A stretch of DNA of 64,000 bases from Alphaproteobacteria bacterium (GCA_965214705.1 OZ243972.1:704001-768000); one strand, 5' to 3'. Shown: positions 1 to 10,947, counted from the stretch's first letter. The notes: generated by a model not told the origin, from the sequence alone. Translations and numbers: made by a program.

Positions 1-42
1 GCCCGCCTCAGCCTCGCCGACACCTCCGGCGCCGCCTGGGCA

Positions 43-222
43 TTGGCTCACCCTTTGGGTGATGGTCCCAGCGCTGGGCGGGAGGTTGCCCGAGAGGCCG
101 TGAAGCTGGACACCTTCGGCGGCACGGTTCATGTCGAATGGAATTCGGACGCGGCGGCGACGCCGCTGGGAGAACTCCTAGATCAGTGGGCAGCCTTCCT
201 GACGAACTCGCTAGCAGATTAG
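43..222 (+). pseudogene. Truncated transposase N-terminus (IS1380-like)
   Basis: Translates as (L)AHPLGD...VKLDTFGGTVHVEWNSDAAATPLG, which resembles the N-terminus of a common IS1380-like transposase family, then reaches a stop at 220-222. Confidence 0.55.
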
Positions 223-491
223 CAGCGGATTGCCCGCAGGCATCCGCCGTAGGCTGCAGGTACTGCGGCCATGGCCTGTTGAACTTCCTCCTTCACGAGC
301 AACGGGAGGAGGCTGTGCAGCCAGGTTTCCGGCAGGTCGAAGATGCAATGGAAGACGCAGGCGACACCCCACGGGCCCGATGCCTCCGTTTTGCAGTGGG
401 TGAAAGGAGCCGTCAATGGTCGCCCCGCGCGACCAGGTCGGCCGTCTGCGGTTCGGGGCAAGTGATCTCAGCCGCGTCGCCGCTTGCAGTC

Positions 492-2879
492 TTATCCGGT
501 CGGCCACGCCTCTGCCGATTCCCGAACGATACGCCAGAGTTTCTCCGGCGTCGCCGGCATATCGATGTGGGTAATGCCGAGCGGGGACAATGCATCGACG
601 ATCGCGTTCGTCACGGCGGCGGGGGAACCGATGGTTGCCGATTCGCCGCACCCCTTGACGCCGAGGGGATTGTGGGTACACGGATTGTCCTCATTTGTCG
701 CGTGGTCAAGAGTGCTAATGAAGCCTGCTCTCGGCATGCAGTAATCCATAAACGAGCCGGCCAAAAGCTGACCCGTATCCTGATCGTAAACGGCGTTTTC
801 CAGAAGCACCTGGCCCATACCCTGCGCGAGGGCGCCGTGAACCTGGCCCTCGACGACCATCGGATTGATGATCGTTCCGAAGTCGTCGACGACGACGTAT
901 CGCGCAATTTCCAGCTCGCCTGTCTCCCTATTTATCTCGACTTCGCAGACGTGACACCCGTTGGGGTAGGTCATGTTCTGCGCATCGTAGAACGCCGTCT
1001 CGTCCAGGCCGGGCTCGACCTCCTGGGAAGAGAAGTTTTGCGCTAGATACGCTTCGCCCGCGACGTCCTCGAAGCTCACCGACTTGTCGGTGCCCATGAT
1101 CGTGTAGGCGCCCTCCCTGAATTCGATGTCGACGTCCCTCGCTTCGAGCAGTTGGGCCGCGATCCTCCGGCCCTTTTCGATAACCTTTTCGACCGCCAGG
1201 AAGGCCGATGATCCACCGAGCGCCATCGAGCGCGAACCGTAGGTGCCGGTCCCGTAGGGGATCTGATCGCTGTCCCCGTGGACGACTTCGATCTTGCTCA
1301 GGGACAGGCCCAGACAGTCCGCGACCACCTGGGCGAACGTGGTTTCGTGACCCTGCCCGTGCGAATGGCTGCCGGTGAATAATGTCACCGAGCCTTCGGG
1401 ATGCACACGCACCTGCGCCGACTCCGGAAAGCCGACACGGGAGCCGAACGAGCCCAGCAATTTCGACGGTCCCATGGACCCGTTCTCGATGAAAGACGAG
1501 ATGCCGAGCCCGCGCAGCCTGCCCCTCGCCCGGCTCTCGTTCCGGCGCTGTTCGAATCCCTCGTAATCGCTGATCTTCAGCGCTTCTTCCATCAGAGTGG
1601 CGAAGTCGCCGGTATCGTACTCGAGGCCGACCGGGGTCCTGTACGGCATCGCGTCCTTCGGGATGAAGTTTCGCCGTCGAATTTCCGCGCGATCGATCCC
1701 CATCTCGCGCGCGGCATTTTCGACCAAGCGCTCTATAACCAGCGCGCCTTCCGGTCGGCCCGCACCGCGATACGCGTCGACTGGAACCGTATTCGTGAAC
1801 ACGCCCCTTATCTCGCAATGGATTGCCGGCGTCGTATAGGTGCCCGACATGATTGTCGTAAAAAAGAAGGTCGGGATCGCCGGCCCGAAGGTCGACAGGT
1901 AGGCTCCCAGGTTCGCTGTGGTCTTCACCCGCAGCGCAAGAAAGGTCCCGTCGGCATCGAGAGCAAGCTCTGCGTGCGTGACATGGTCGCGTGCCTGCGA
2001 ATCGGTGAGAAAGCTCTCCGACCGACTGGACGTCCACTTGACCGGACGATCCAATTTCTTGGCGGCCCATGCCGCGATACATTCCTCCCCATAGGCGAAA
2101 CTCTTGGCACCGAACCCCCCACCTACGTCCGGCGCAATGACCCGCACTTTGGTTTCGGGCACATGCAATATGTCGATCGCCATAAGGCTGCGGGCCATAT
2201 GCGGATTCTGACTCGAGAGATAGATCGTGTAGCGCCCGCTTATTCTGTCGTACTCGGCATTGACGGCGCGGACCTCCATGGGAACCTGCACGAGCCGGTT
2301 GACGACGAAATCAAGCTTCGTCACGTGGTGCGCGTTCGCGAAGGCGGCCTCGACCGCATCCCTGTCGCCGTTTTCCCAATCGAAGCAAACATTATCGGGT
2401 GCTTCCTCATGAAGCTGGGGCGCTCCCTTTCTGTCGGCGCCGGCCGTATCGGCGGCAACCGGCAACTCCTCGTAGTCGACTGCCACGAGATCGGCCGCAT
2501 CCTGGGCCGCGTCGAGGCTTTCTCCGATGACGACGGCGACCGGATCGCCCACATGGCGGACCTTGTCGACTGCGAGAAGGGGATGGGGCGGCAATTTGAT
2601 GTCCGAGCCATCCGCGTTCTGGAAAACCCAGACACAGGGAAGAGCCCCAATATTGTCGTGTTTCAGATCGACGGCGGTATAGGCTGCGATGATGCCCGGC
2701 GCCTTCGCCGCCTGCTCCGTATAGATCGACTTGAGGTGTGCATGGGCGTGTGGCGACCGGACGAAACAGGCGTAGGTCTGGCCGGGTCTCTTGATATCGT
2801 CGGTGTATCTGCCCTGCCCCGTCAGGAACCGGACATCTTCCTTGCGCCTTACGGCGGCGCCGATACCTTCGTCCACCAT
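492..2879 (-). CDS. Xanthine dehydrogenase family molybdopterin-binding subunit (form II CoxL-like)
   Basis: 795 aa; RKEDxRFLTG.G.Y.DD start, DVGGGFG, AYRGAGRPE (form II motif), GQGHET, KGCGES. Confidence 0.93.
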   Translation of the reverse strand: MVDEGIGAAVRRKEDVRFLTGQGRYTDDIKRPGQTYACFVRSPHAHAHLKSIYTEQAAKAPGIIAAYTAVDLKHDNIGALPCVWVFQNADGSDIKLPPHPLLAVDKVRHVGDPVAVVIGESLDAAQDAADLVAVDYEELPVAADTAGADRKGAPQLHEEAPDNVCFDWENGDRDAVEAAFANAHHVTKLDFVVNRLVQVPMEVRAVNAEYDRISGRYTIYLSSQNPHMARSLMAIDILHVPETKVRVIAPDVGGGFGAKSFAYGEECIAAWAAKKLDRPVKWTSSRSESFLTDSQARDHVTHAELALDADGTFLALRVKTTANLGAYLSTFGPAIPTFFFTTIMSGTYTTPAIHCEIRGVFTNTVPVDAYRGAGRPEGALVIERLVENAAREMGIDRAEIRRRNFIPKDAMPYRTPVGLEYDTGDFATLMEEALKISDYEGFEQRRNESRARGRLRGLGISSFIENGSMGPSKLLGSFGSRVGFPESAQVRVHPEGSVTLFTGSHSHGQGHETTFAQVVADCLGLSLSKIEVVHGDSDQIPYGTGTYGSRSMALGGSSAFLAVEKVIEKGRRIAAQLLEARDVDIEFREGAYTIMGTDKSVSFEDVAGEAYLAQNFSSQEVEPGLDETAFYDAQNMTYPNGCHVCEVEINRETGELEIARYVVVDDFGTIINPMVVEGQVHGALAQGMGQVLLENAVYDQDTGQLLAGSFMDYCMPRAGFISTLDHATNEDNPCTHNPLGVKGCGESATIGSPAAVTNAIVDALSPLGITHIDMPATPEKLWRIVRESAEAWPTG

Positions 2880-2883
2880 TCCA

Positions 2884-3354
2884 CTAACTCCTCATCGCCT
2901 TCGCACCGGCCATTACGGACTTGACGATGTTCACGTAGCCCGTGCAGCGGCAGATGTTGCCCTCGAGCCCCTGGCGGACCGTCTCTTCGGAGGGATCAGG
3001 GTGGCGCGCGACAAGGTCGAGCGCGCTCATCAGCATCCCGGGCGTACAGAAGCCGCATTGAAGGCCGTGGCACTCCCTGAAGGCGGCCTGCATTGGATGA
3101 AGTTCTTCCCCCTTCGCGAGCCCTTCGACCGTGAGCACTTCCGCCCCTTCGGCCTGAACCGCGAGTAGGGTGCAGGACTTGACCGAGCGTCCATTCACGT
3201 GAACGACGCAAGCCCCGCATTGGCTCGTATCGCAGCCGACATGCGTCCCGGTGAGCCCCAGGTGCTCGCGCAGAAAATGGACGAGGAGCGTGCGCGATTC
3301 GACCGCGGCCGAGGCCTCTTCGCCGTTGACCGTCATTGACACAGACACGCTCAT
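2884..3354 (-). CDS. (2Fe-2S)-binding small subunit (CoxS-like)
   Basis: [10 protein letters not shown] and QCGFCTPG...NICRCTGY motifs; start placed at MSVSVS after GGAGG. Confidence 0.93.
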   Translation of the reverse strand: MSVSVSMTVNGEEASAAVESRTLLVHFLREHLGLTGTHVGCDTSQCGACVVHVNGRSVKSCTLLAVQAEGAEVLTVEGLAKGEELHPMQAAFRECHGLQCGFCTPGMLMSALDLVARHPDPSEETVRQGLEGNICRCTGYVNIVKSVMAGAKAMRS

Positions 3355-4012
3355 GGGCCCTCCCCCCACTTCCCCGATCCGGTTTTCTCCCTGGAGTGCT
3401 TTTCGACGGGCGCCGCGCGCGGGCTCGGCGAAAGCGCCGAGGAACGTGTTCGCCTCTTTCCGGGCCGTGCCATTTGGCAAGTGGGTACGCTCGCTCTCAA
3501 GATCCCGGGATCGCAGCGCGCCTTCCAGGCCTCTCCACGGAATGCCGGCGACCGGTGGTCTCCCCTAAGTTCGATTCCCGAACCGATTGATAAGCTCGAA
3601 TTCACTATTTCAAAGCGCAAACGATTGGGCAAGTTCGTCGCCGGAACATGCGGTTGAAGCGGCCATGCCCGCGGCGCGTCTAGGATGGCTTCGTCACGGG
3701 AGACGGCGCAATGACGCGCCTTCGGCGCGAGTTGGTCGACGGGTTTTGCTGCTCCCATTGCGCTCCGCCCGTTCGACCCGCCTTCGAGGCTCGCCGCGGC
3801 GCCCCGCCCTTCCGTCCTGACCGGTCAAGGGCCGGTCGCTTCTCGTCAAACACCGGTAACAGTCTAAAATGACGAGCGGTACTAACCGTTGAGGCAGCCC
3901 GCTCCTTGCAGGAGACGTAGCAAGGGCAGTCCGATCTCATTCCGTAAAGCCTCCCGGCAGTTGGGATCGGGTACGAACCAGCTCGCAGCTAAACCGAGAA
4001 GGACACAGACTC

Positions 4013-4402
4013 ATGAATACAATCCACAATCCGAAGACTATTCATCCGCCAGTCGGCGACATCTACAGTCACGGAGCCGAAGTGTCTCCGAACTCCCGGC
4101 TCCTGTGGGTGGCGGGCGAAGTCGGCATTACGCCCGCGGGCGACGTGGTAAAGGGTTTCGAGGCGCAAACGCGAACTGCTTGGGAGAACATAGCTGAAGT
4201 ATTAAAGTCCGCTGGGATGAGTTACGGTGATATTGTCAAGATGGATTCCTATCTAGTCGGCCTCGAATATTACGAAGAGTACGTCGACCTCCTGAGAGAG
4301 ATCTTGGGAGAGGCCAAGCCCGCATCCAAGGCCATCATCGTGCCCTCGCTCGTGCTTCCGGGATTGCTGTTAGAAGTCGAAGTGACCGCCGCCAGAGAGT
4401 AA
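4013..4402 (+). CDS. RidA/YjgF family protein
   Basis: 129 aa; YSHG, AGEVG, Q....WEN, LLEVEVTAA; lacks the RidA catalytic Arg (PAS instead of PAR). Confidence 0.88.
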   Translation: MNTIHNPKTIHPPVGDIYSHGAEVSPNSRLLWVAGEVGITPAGDVVKGFEAQTRTAWENIAEVLKSAGMSYGDIVKMDSYLVGLEYYEEYVDLLREILGEAKPASKAIIVPSLVLPGLLLEVEVTAARE

Positions 4403-4617
4403 AAACAGCGGCGGGTTCGGCGGCGACGAGGACCTAGCCTGTCGGGCCGCCCCTTTCATCGTGGCCGGGTGAACGCTCGGCGTGTTCGGATGCAAAGGCG
4501 TGGATATTGGCCGCCTCTGTGGACGGAACGGCGTGGTTGCATCATACTTGTGGCTTGGCGGGGCAGGACGATTGCCCTTTCCCGCGTGTTCTTGAGTTCG
4601 GACCAAGGAGGGCTACG

Positions 4618-4983
4618 ATGCTGGACTTTCTGCAAGGCAAAGATCAAGGCACCTTGGAACCGTGGCCGGCGTTTGCTGATGCGGACTACGCAACTGTGCT
4701 CGAAGGCGATCCGAAGCAGGCATGCCGGCTCGACTTCGGTACCCTGGACGATCAACTGATGAGCGGCGTTTGGGAATGTACGCCTGGAAAGATGGAGTTC
4801 GTCTACCCGTTCAGCGAACTCTGTACCCTGCTCGAAGGGAAGGTCACGGTCACGGACTCCGCCGGCAGAGCGGTAACCTACGGGCCAGGAGATAGCTTTT
4901 ACATTGCGCAGGGTGAAAAGGTTCTCTGGGAGGTACACGAACGCGTTCGTAAGTGCTTCTTCCTGCATATCAACAAATCGTAG
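4618..4983 (+). CDS. Cupin domain protein (DUF861/EutQ-like)
   Basis: SGVWECTPG, ELCTLLEG, GPGDSF, VRKCF; AGGAGG upstream of ATG 4618. Confidence 0.85.
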   Translation: MLDFLQGKDQGTLEPWPAFADADYATVLEGDPKQACRLDFGTLDDQLMSGVWECTPGKMEFVYPFSELCTLLEGKVTVTDSAGRAVTYGPGDSFYIAQGEKVLWEVHERVRKCFFLHINKS

Positions 4984-5243
4984 CTCGACAGGCCGAGAAT
5001 TACGGCTTGCATCGCGCAGGCCGGTGACTTCACCGGTGCCTGGTCCCGCTGAGGCCAGGCACCGATTGGTCAGGGCGCGCAGCGCGACGCCGAGCGAACG
5101 CCGGTCACGAACCCTCGCCGTTGAAGCGGGGCCGCGTGAGTCTCGATGGCACAGTGGGCTCGACTGCCGCAAACCGCGAGGGGACGGTGCTCGCCTGCAC
5201 AGCCGGTTTGGCGAGCAACCTCGCCCCGCAGGTCATGCCACAG

Positions 5244-5627
5244 TCAGGCTTTCGGCGGCAGTGGCGGGAGGCCAATGAGATCCCAGCGCACCCCGTCTCC
5301 CGGGCAGATGGCGTAGAAGCAGACGGCCTTTCCTTCGGTTTCGTATATGAGCGGCGTGTCGCGCGGGAGCCAAATGGCATCGCCCGTATCGCAATCGAAC
5401 TTCTCTCCGGCGACGATCACGCGCAACTGCCCATCGAGGATGTAAAGGATCTCGTCGTAGGTGATCGTCCACTCATAAGAGCACTTCTCGAAGACGACGA
5501 TCCCTCCTCCCAGGGTTTTGCTCAACTCCGGCGTAACGAGGCGCGCAATCGTCGTGTTGTGTACCGGCAGCCCGCTCATTTCCTCGTAATGAAAATCCGA
5601 TTTCTTGAAAATTGTGGCTTTTGGCAT
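5244..5627 (-). CDS. EutQ-like cupin
   Basis: LGGG...WTITYDEILYILDG...GDAIWLP pattern typical of EutQ. Confidence 0.82.
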   Translation of the reverse strand: MPKATIFKKSDFHYEEMSGLPVHNTTIARLVTPELSKTLGGGIVVFEKCSYEWTITYDEILYILDGQLRVIVAGEKFDCDTGDAIWLPRDTPLIYETEGKAVCFYAICPGDGVRWDLIGLPPLPPKA

Positions 5628-5665
5628 TTCCTTTTCCCTTTCGTTCTTTGTGCGGATGAGCCTCT

Positions 5666-6640
5666 TCATTCCTGGCTCTTGCGACTGGAAACGGAAAACC
5701 GTTTTAACTTGAAGCGTTGGAATTGATCAGGGAGCGCCACGATGCCTTTGGGCATGAACAAGATAATCAGGACGACGGCCAGACCGAGAAGAAGAAGACG
5801 ATACTGCCCGACTTCGCGAAGCCATTCGTTGCCAATCGTCACGATGAACGCGCCCAGAATCACACCGGGAAATCGGCCTAGACCGCCTACCGAGAGCATA
5901 ACCATAACAATCAGAAAGAATTCGGTTCCGAGAATCTTGGGCGTCACGACAATTACGTAATGAGCGTAAAGTGCTCCGGCCAACCCAGTAATCATTGCCG
6001 AGACTGTGAATACGACAAGCTTGTACCTGTAGTAGTTAACGCCGAGACTCTTGGCGAATTCTTCCGAGTCCCGCATGGCAACGAACGCTTTGCCCCATCG
6101 TCCGGGCACGATAATGAAATAGATTATGTAGATGGCGACAGCGGCCACGCATAGGGTGACGTAGAACCAGGCAAGCTTGTTCTGAGCGACGAGAGCGAAG
6201 TCGCCGATCTCGAGCGGCGGTACGCCCAAGAGTCCGGTGGCGCCGCCGGTCCCGATCGGACGCCCCTGGCGGATTAGCGGAGGCAGGGCGAGATGGACGG
6301 TAAAGGTAAAGAGGGCGATGAACTCGCCACGAAGACGCAGACACGGCAGGCCGATCAGCAGGCCGACGACACCGGCGCAACCCATCCCGACCAGGAGCGG
6401 CGTGATGGACGGGGCACCGAGACTCATGGCGGCCATAGACGAGCCGTACGCGCCTACGGCGAAGAACACGAGCTGCGCAAAGTTGACGATCCCGGCGTAG
6501 CCCAGCACGAGATCCCAGCCCGCGACAACCATGCTCCAGATAAAGCATAGGATCAAAATATGGATGAAATACTTGTCCCCGATCACGGCTCCCAGAACCG
6601 CAAGAACGCCGATGGCGATGAGGAAATAGACGCGATTCAT
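5666..6640 (-). CDS. Branched-chain amino acid ABC transporter permease (LivM-like)
   Basis: GYAGIVNFAQ, LRLRGEF, A.RDSE..A.SLGVN; hydrophobic. Confidence 0.92.
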   Translation of the reverse strand: MNRVYFLIAIGVLAVLGAVIGDKYFIHILILCFIWSMVVAGWDLVLGYAGIVNFAQLVFFAVGAYGSSMAAMSLGAPSITPLLVGMGCAGVVGLLIGLPCLRLRGEFIALFTFTVHLALPPLIRQGRPIGTGGATGLLGVPPLEIGDFALVAQNKLAWFYVTLCVAAVAIYIIYFIIVPGRWGKAFVAMRDSEEFAKSLGVNYYRYKLVVFTVSAMITGLAGALYAHYVIVVTPKILGTEFFLIVMVMLSVGGLGRFPGVILGAFIVTIGNEWLREVGQYRLLLLGLAVVLIILFMPKGIVALPDQFQRFKLKRFSVSSRKSQE

Positions 6641-6740
6641 GGGGGCGGCTCGCTTCCCGCCGTTCTCATTGTTGCGGTGCCCGATAATTCGGCCGCCGGG
6701 ACGCGCGCCGTTCCACGAAGGCTGCGGGTTTCCCTCATGG

Positions 6741-7613
6741 TCATCGCGTCCAGCCGCCGAACAGTCCGCTGGGGCGAAAGATCAGGATCACGAGCAGGGT
6801 GATGAGCCACAGCGGTATGGTCCAGCTCGCTCCGATCCAGAACGTGGTGTAGGACTCGATAATCCCCAATATGAACGCGGCAACGAGCGTGCCTCGCGTG
6901 CTGCCGAGGCCCCCCAGCACGACGATCACGAAGGCCTTCAAGAACGGGACCCAGCCTACAAACGGGGAAATCAGGTGAATCGGTGCGAGCAATACCCCGG
7001 CAAGACCTGCTAGAACAGCCGAAAGTCCGAAGGCATAGCCGAAGATCTGATTGACGTTGATCCCGACCATGTTGGCGCCCTGCATGTCCTGGGCCACCGC
7101 CCGCATGGCCTGGCCATAGCGTGTCTTGCGCAAGAATAGTTCGAGCCCGAGCACGAATACGATCGCCAGCAGAAAGATGACGATCTTGTGGTACGAGAGG
7201 ACAAATCCGAAAGCCTCGAGCTTGCCCGGCACGAGCGGCGGCAGAACCTTGTTCTCGGGACCAAACCCTATCAGGTTCGCATTGTCGATAAAGAACGCCA
7301 AGCCCAGCGTCACCATCATCGTCGTGATGTTCCAGCCCGGCTTCCAGCGCAGCGGGCGGATCACCACCCGCTCGAGCGCCATGCCCAACACGAAGAGGGT
7401 CGGGATCAGGATGAGAAAGGTCACCGCATAGCTCAGCTCCAGATACCCGACCGTCAGAACCCACGCGAGATATCCGCCCACAGCATAAATCGCGCCATAG
7501 GCGAAATTGAGGATCCGGGTGACGCCGTAGACCAGGGACAGGCCAAATGCCAACAACGCGTAGACGGCGCCCAGCATGATCCCGCTGATCAGGATTTCGA
7601 TGATCTGATGCAT
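6741..7613 (-). CDS. Branched-chain amino acid ABC transporter permease (LivH-like)
   Basis: YALLAFGLSLVYG...NFAYG, G.AMRAVAQD, VLGGLGS. Confidence 0.92.
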   Translation of the reverse strand: MHQIIEILISGIMLGAVYALLAFGLSLVYGVTRILNFAYGAIYAVGGYLAWVLTVGYLELSYAVTFLILIPTLFVLGMALERVVIRPLRWKPGWNITTMMVTLGLAFFIDNANLIGFGPENKVLPPLVPGKLEAFGFVLSYHKIVIFLLAIVFVLGLELFLRKTRYGQAMRAVAQDMQGANMVGINVNQIFGYAFGLSAVLAGLAGVLLAPIHLISPFVGWVPFLKAFVIVVLGGLGSTRGTLVAAFILGIIESYTTFWIGASWTIPLWLITLLVILIFRPSGLFGGWTR

Positions 7614-7742
7614 TCACCAGCCATCCATTCCCTTGAACCCGAAACGCCTGCCCCGCCCAAAGTTGAAACGGGAACTCCCCGGCGCCCCCGGTTCTGACGA
7701 TACCTGTCGTGGTCACGACCACGGGTTGCTCAGCCGTCTACG

Positions 7743-8435
7743 TCAAGCCCTGTCCTCTGTCCGTCGGTGCTCGAGGGACTGAAGCGGACCTTCATAGCTT
7801 GTCTTTCCCTCTTCCAGAAAATACACACGGTCGATGAAGGTCTCGAGTTGGGCAATGTTTTCCTCGACGAGAAGTACGGTAATTCCTTCCTTGTTGATCC
7901 GCGCAATCGTGCGCAACATGTTCTGCACGAGATTCGGGGCAAGGCCGAAGGAGGGCTCGTCGATTGCCATGAATTTAGCCGCCGACATCAGGCCCCTAGC
8001 CAGCGCGAGCATTTGCGCCTCGCCACCGCTCAGGGTCCGCGCCACCTGGCCTTGCCGCTCCTTCAATTGCGGGTAGAGCTCGAAGACCAGGTTCAGGTTC
8101 TCGCTTTTCCGTTTGCGGGCATGGGGCAAGTAAGCGCCGAGGTCGAGATTCTCCCGGACCGTCATGTCGGGAAAGAGCCTGCGATCCTCCGCAACATAGA
8201 CCAGGCCCTGCTTGACGATCTCGGACACAGACAAACCATTGAGCCGCTTGCCCTGAAACGTCACGTCGCCCGACCGGATGGGAGTCAGGCCGCAGATCGC
8301 CTTCATCAACGTGCTCTTCCCGTGGCCGTTGGCTCCGATCAAAGCCACCGCTTCGTTCTCGGCCACGTGTATCGACACGTCGTGCAACACGTGGAATTCA
8401 TCGTAAAAGACATTGAGATTCGCGACTTCAAGCAA
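7743..8435 (-). CDS. ABC transporter ATP-binding protein (LivF-like)
   Basis: GANGHGKST, LSGGE, DEPS; TTG start inferred, overlapping the upstream stop. Confidence 0.9.
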   Translation of the reverse strand: MLEVANLNVFYDEFHVLHDVSIHVAENEAVALIGANGHGKSTLMKAICGLTPIRSGDVTFQGKRLNGLSVSEIVKQGLVYVAEDRRLFPDMTVRENLDLGAYLPHARKRKSENLNLVFELYPQLKERQGQVARTLSGGEAQMLALARGLMSAAKFMAIDEPSFGLAPNLVQNMLRTIARINKEGITVLLVEENIAQLETFIDRVYFLEEGKTSYEGPLQSLEHRRTEDRA

Positions 8436-9186
8436 CGGACTCGGATCCCAAGTAGATTTCGACCACCTTTGGGTCGCGCATGACGTTGAGCGGAGCATCC
8501 AGGCAGATGCGCTGACCGTGATCCAGGATCATGATTCGGTCGGACATATGGGTCAGCGCCCGAACCTTGTGCTCGATGATCATGAAGGTAATATCCAGTC
8601 GCTCCCGCAGGTGCAGGATCAAGGCGACCATCTGGTCGATTTCGTCCGTCGTGAAGCCGGCGAGAGGCTCATCCATGAATACCAGCTCCGGCTTCGTCGC
8701 AAGCGAGGCGGCCAGCATCGTCATCTTGCGGGTCAGGAGATCCACCTTGCTGGCCATCATGTCGCGCCGTGGATCGAGACCGCATTCGGCGAGGATTTCG
8801 TCGCGGAATTCTCTCTTCGTCCGACCCTCGATGGACTTCTTGCCCAATCCAAAGAGAGTGCCGACAGCGACATTCTCATCCACGCTGAAAGAGCTGAAGA
8901 TTTGCGGGATTTGAAAGGTCCGGGCCAAGGCTTTGTGACAGAGCCGATGCGGGGACCAACCGTCGATTCTTTCATTGTTAAAGAAGATTTTGCCCGAATT
9001 GGGTTTGAGCGCGCCGGTGCACACGTTCAGGAGCGTCGATTTTCCGGCCCCGTTGGGCCCGGCGACGCCAAAGATTTCGCCTCGCTCGATGTCGAACGAC
9101 AGGTCGTTGAGAGCGACGAGCGCACCGAATGATCGAGTTACGCCCTGCACCGAAAGCAGCGGACCGGTCGTCGTAGCGGAGGACAT
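8428..9186 (-). CDS. ABC transporter ATP-binding protein (LivG-like)
   Basis: GPNGAGKST, RTFQIP, DEPLAG, EH, YLG C-terminus. Confidence 0.9.
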   Translation of the reverse strand: MSSATTTGPLLSVQGVTRSFGALVALNDLSFDIERGEIFGVAGPNGAGKSTLLNVCTGALKPNSGKIFFNNERIDGWSPHRLCHKALARTFQIPQIFSSFSVDENVAVGTLFGLGKKSIEGRTKREFRDEILAECGLDPRRDMMASKVDLLTRKMTMLAASLATKPELVFMDEPLAGFTTDEIDQMVALILHLRERLDITFMIIEHKVRALTHMSDRIMILDHGQRICLDAPLNVMRDPKVVEIYLGSESVA

Positions 9187-9408
9187 CCTCAGCTGTTTCT
9201 GCGTGGCTGCACGGGTAGATGATACGCTGGTATTCCCAACGCGTGGCAGCGGCGCTCCCAGGAGGTGAGAGCCGAGCAAGCCGGCGTGGACACGCCTTCT
9301 GGATCAATCAAGCCGAGCCCACGCCCCTTGCGCCAGTTGTCGAGTTGACCCCCGCTCGGGTTCCCCTTGCGGTTCGATCCCAATCACCAGCTTATTCGTG
9401 CGATTCCC

Positions 9409-10641
9409 TCAGTCGTACCAATCAGGCTTCATGAAATCCGCGATCACGTTGGAGCCGATCATGAGCGTCACGAGCTCGCTGTTCTGGACCTGAAGAATCT
9501 GGGCCGGCGCGGCTTCGTCGGTCGAGGTTACGTGATGTCGGTCGTTAATCGTGAGCTTGCCCGTGATGCCGTCGTAGGTCATTGTCCGCATTTCTTCGTG
9601 GATCGCGTCATAATCGTCGACCGAACCAACCTTTTCGACGGCGGTCGCCCAAAACATGACTTGGTCGTAGATTTCGGCTGCGATACCGATTGCCGGGTCT
9701 TCGTCATAGGCCTCACGCCACCTTTCCACGAACACACGGCCTTTTTCGTCCGGCATGTGGGCCGAGGGCGTCATCCCCAGCACGCCGTCGGCGATTCCCC
9801 GCGAGACGACCTCGTTGAAGGCCGGGACGGCACCGGTGTAGCCGACGTAAAGGAGTGCCCCCTTGACTGGGTTGGTGTTGAACTGATCGACGAGGGCGTT
9901 CACGCCCGCCGGATCCAGGAACTCGGAGTAGATCAGGGCAGGTTGAGCCTCGTGGAGCTTGCTGAGGATCGGTCCCCACTCGCTGATACCGAAATCGACC
10001 TGCTCTGTCAGGGCGACCTCCCAGCCGAGCTCCTCGGCTGCCGCGATCGCGCCCCCCGTCATTTCGATTTCCCAATCGAACGGCCCCTGGATAATGGCCA
10101 GTTTATTGCTTGAGAATTCGTGGCCCATCTGCGTCAGCTGGCGAAACGTGATCCCGCCGTAATTCGCGGCCGTATCGATGAACATGTAAATATTTTTGCA
10201 TCCCATCTGTTCCGCAAGATTGATCACGTACTCCGGGCCGTCAACGTGAAGATACGGCACATCGTACGGACAAAACGCCGGGATATCGGGCCCCATGCCG
10301 CCGTACCCGTTGATCAGGACGTGGACCTCCTCCTGTTCGACCAGATTGAGGGCCGCCGCCTGAAGCTTGTCCGGCGTGAGATCGCCAATGTCGTACACGA
10401 TCATCTCGATCTGTCGGCCGAGCAGCCCGCCCTGCGCGTTTATGTCCGCAATGGCGAGCTTTTCCGCCTTCTCCATCACGAACCCGTCACTGGCGAAGGG
10501 ACCGGTAATCGGAATGGGTGCGCCCACCTTGATGGGCTCGTCGCTGGCATGGGCTCCGGGTATGACGGAACCCATAATAGAGCCCGCCAAAACCAGGAAT
10601 CCGGCGCAGATCAAAGATTTTATTTTTGCACGATACACCAT
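9409..10641 (-). CDS. Liv-type ABC transporter substrate-binding protein
   Basis: Signal peptide, then EPIKVGAPIPITGPFA...INAQGGLLGR; GGAGG before ATG 10641. Confidence 0.9.
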   Translation of the reverse strand: MVYRAKIKSLICAGFLVLAGSIMGSVIPGAHASDEPIKVGAPIPITGPFASDGFVMEKAEKLAIADINAQGGLLGRQIEMIVYDIGDLTPDKLQAAALNLVEQEEVHVLINGYGGMGPDIPAFCPYDVPYLHVDGPEYVINLAEQMGCKNIYMFIDTAANYGGITFRQLTQMGHEFSSNKLAIIQGPFDWEIEMTGGAIAAAEELGWEVALTEQVDFGISEWGPILSKLHEAQPALIYSEFLDPAGVNALVDQFNTNPVKGALLYVGYTGAVPAFNEVVSRGIADGVLGMTPSAHMPDEKGRVFVERWREAYDEDPAIGIAAEIYDQVMFWATAVEKVGSVDDYDAIHEEMRTMTYDGITGKLTINDRHHVTSTDEAAPAQILQVQNSELVTLMIGSNVIADFMKPDWYD

Positions 10642-10818
10642 TTTGAAGCCTCCCATGGTTAGCAATTCAACGGCGGTTTCGTGCTTGGTTCCTCCCCGCC
10701 GCCGTCCTGCGCGAGTCGGAACAACGGCTTAACCTCCTTTGATAGCGAGGAAAACACTGGCAGATCGCTGGTGCCGAGTCAACGAGTTGGCATTCCATGT
10801 CGAGAACAATCGGAACCG

Positions 10819-10947
10819 TGGAGTAGTCCCCTTGGGGTCGGACAGTTTCAGGTGGCCGACTTGACCAGAGTGCGGGACTGTTCCTCCTCAAAGCGGTTGG
10901 GACACAGGTATCCGAGAGCCGAGCGCAGGCGCCTGTCGGTGTAGTGA
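10819..10947 (-). mobile_element. IS3-family remnant (transposase C-terminus plus right end)
   Basis: Minus strand reads HYTDRRLRSALGYLCPNRFEEEQSRTLVKSAT* (IS3 'YN.RRLHSALGY.SP..FE' pattern), followed by a terminal-repeat-like ...GTCCGACCCCAAGGGGACTACTCCA. Confidence 0.75.

Noticed and set aside
492-2879. Aerobic CO dehydrogenase call
   Set aside because: The active-site loop is AYRGAGR, not form I AYxCSFR, and coxM and the accessory cox genes are absent.
9365-9390. GGTTCGATCCC...CACCA tRNA-like string
   Set aside because: No T-stem pairing and no cloverleaf upstream.
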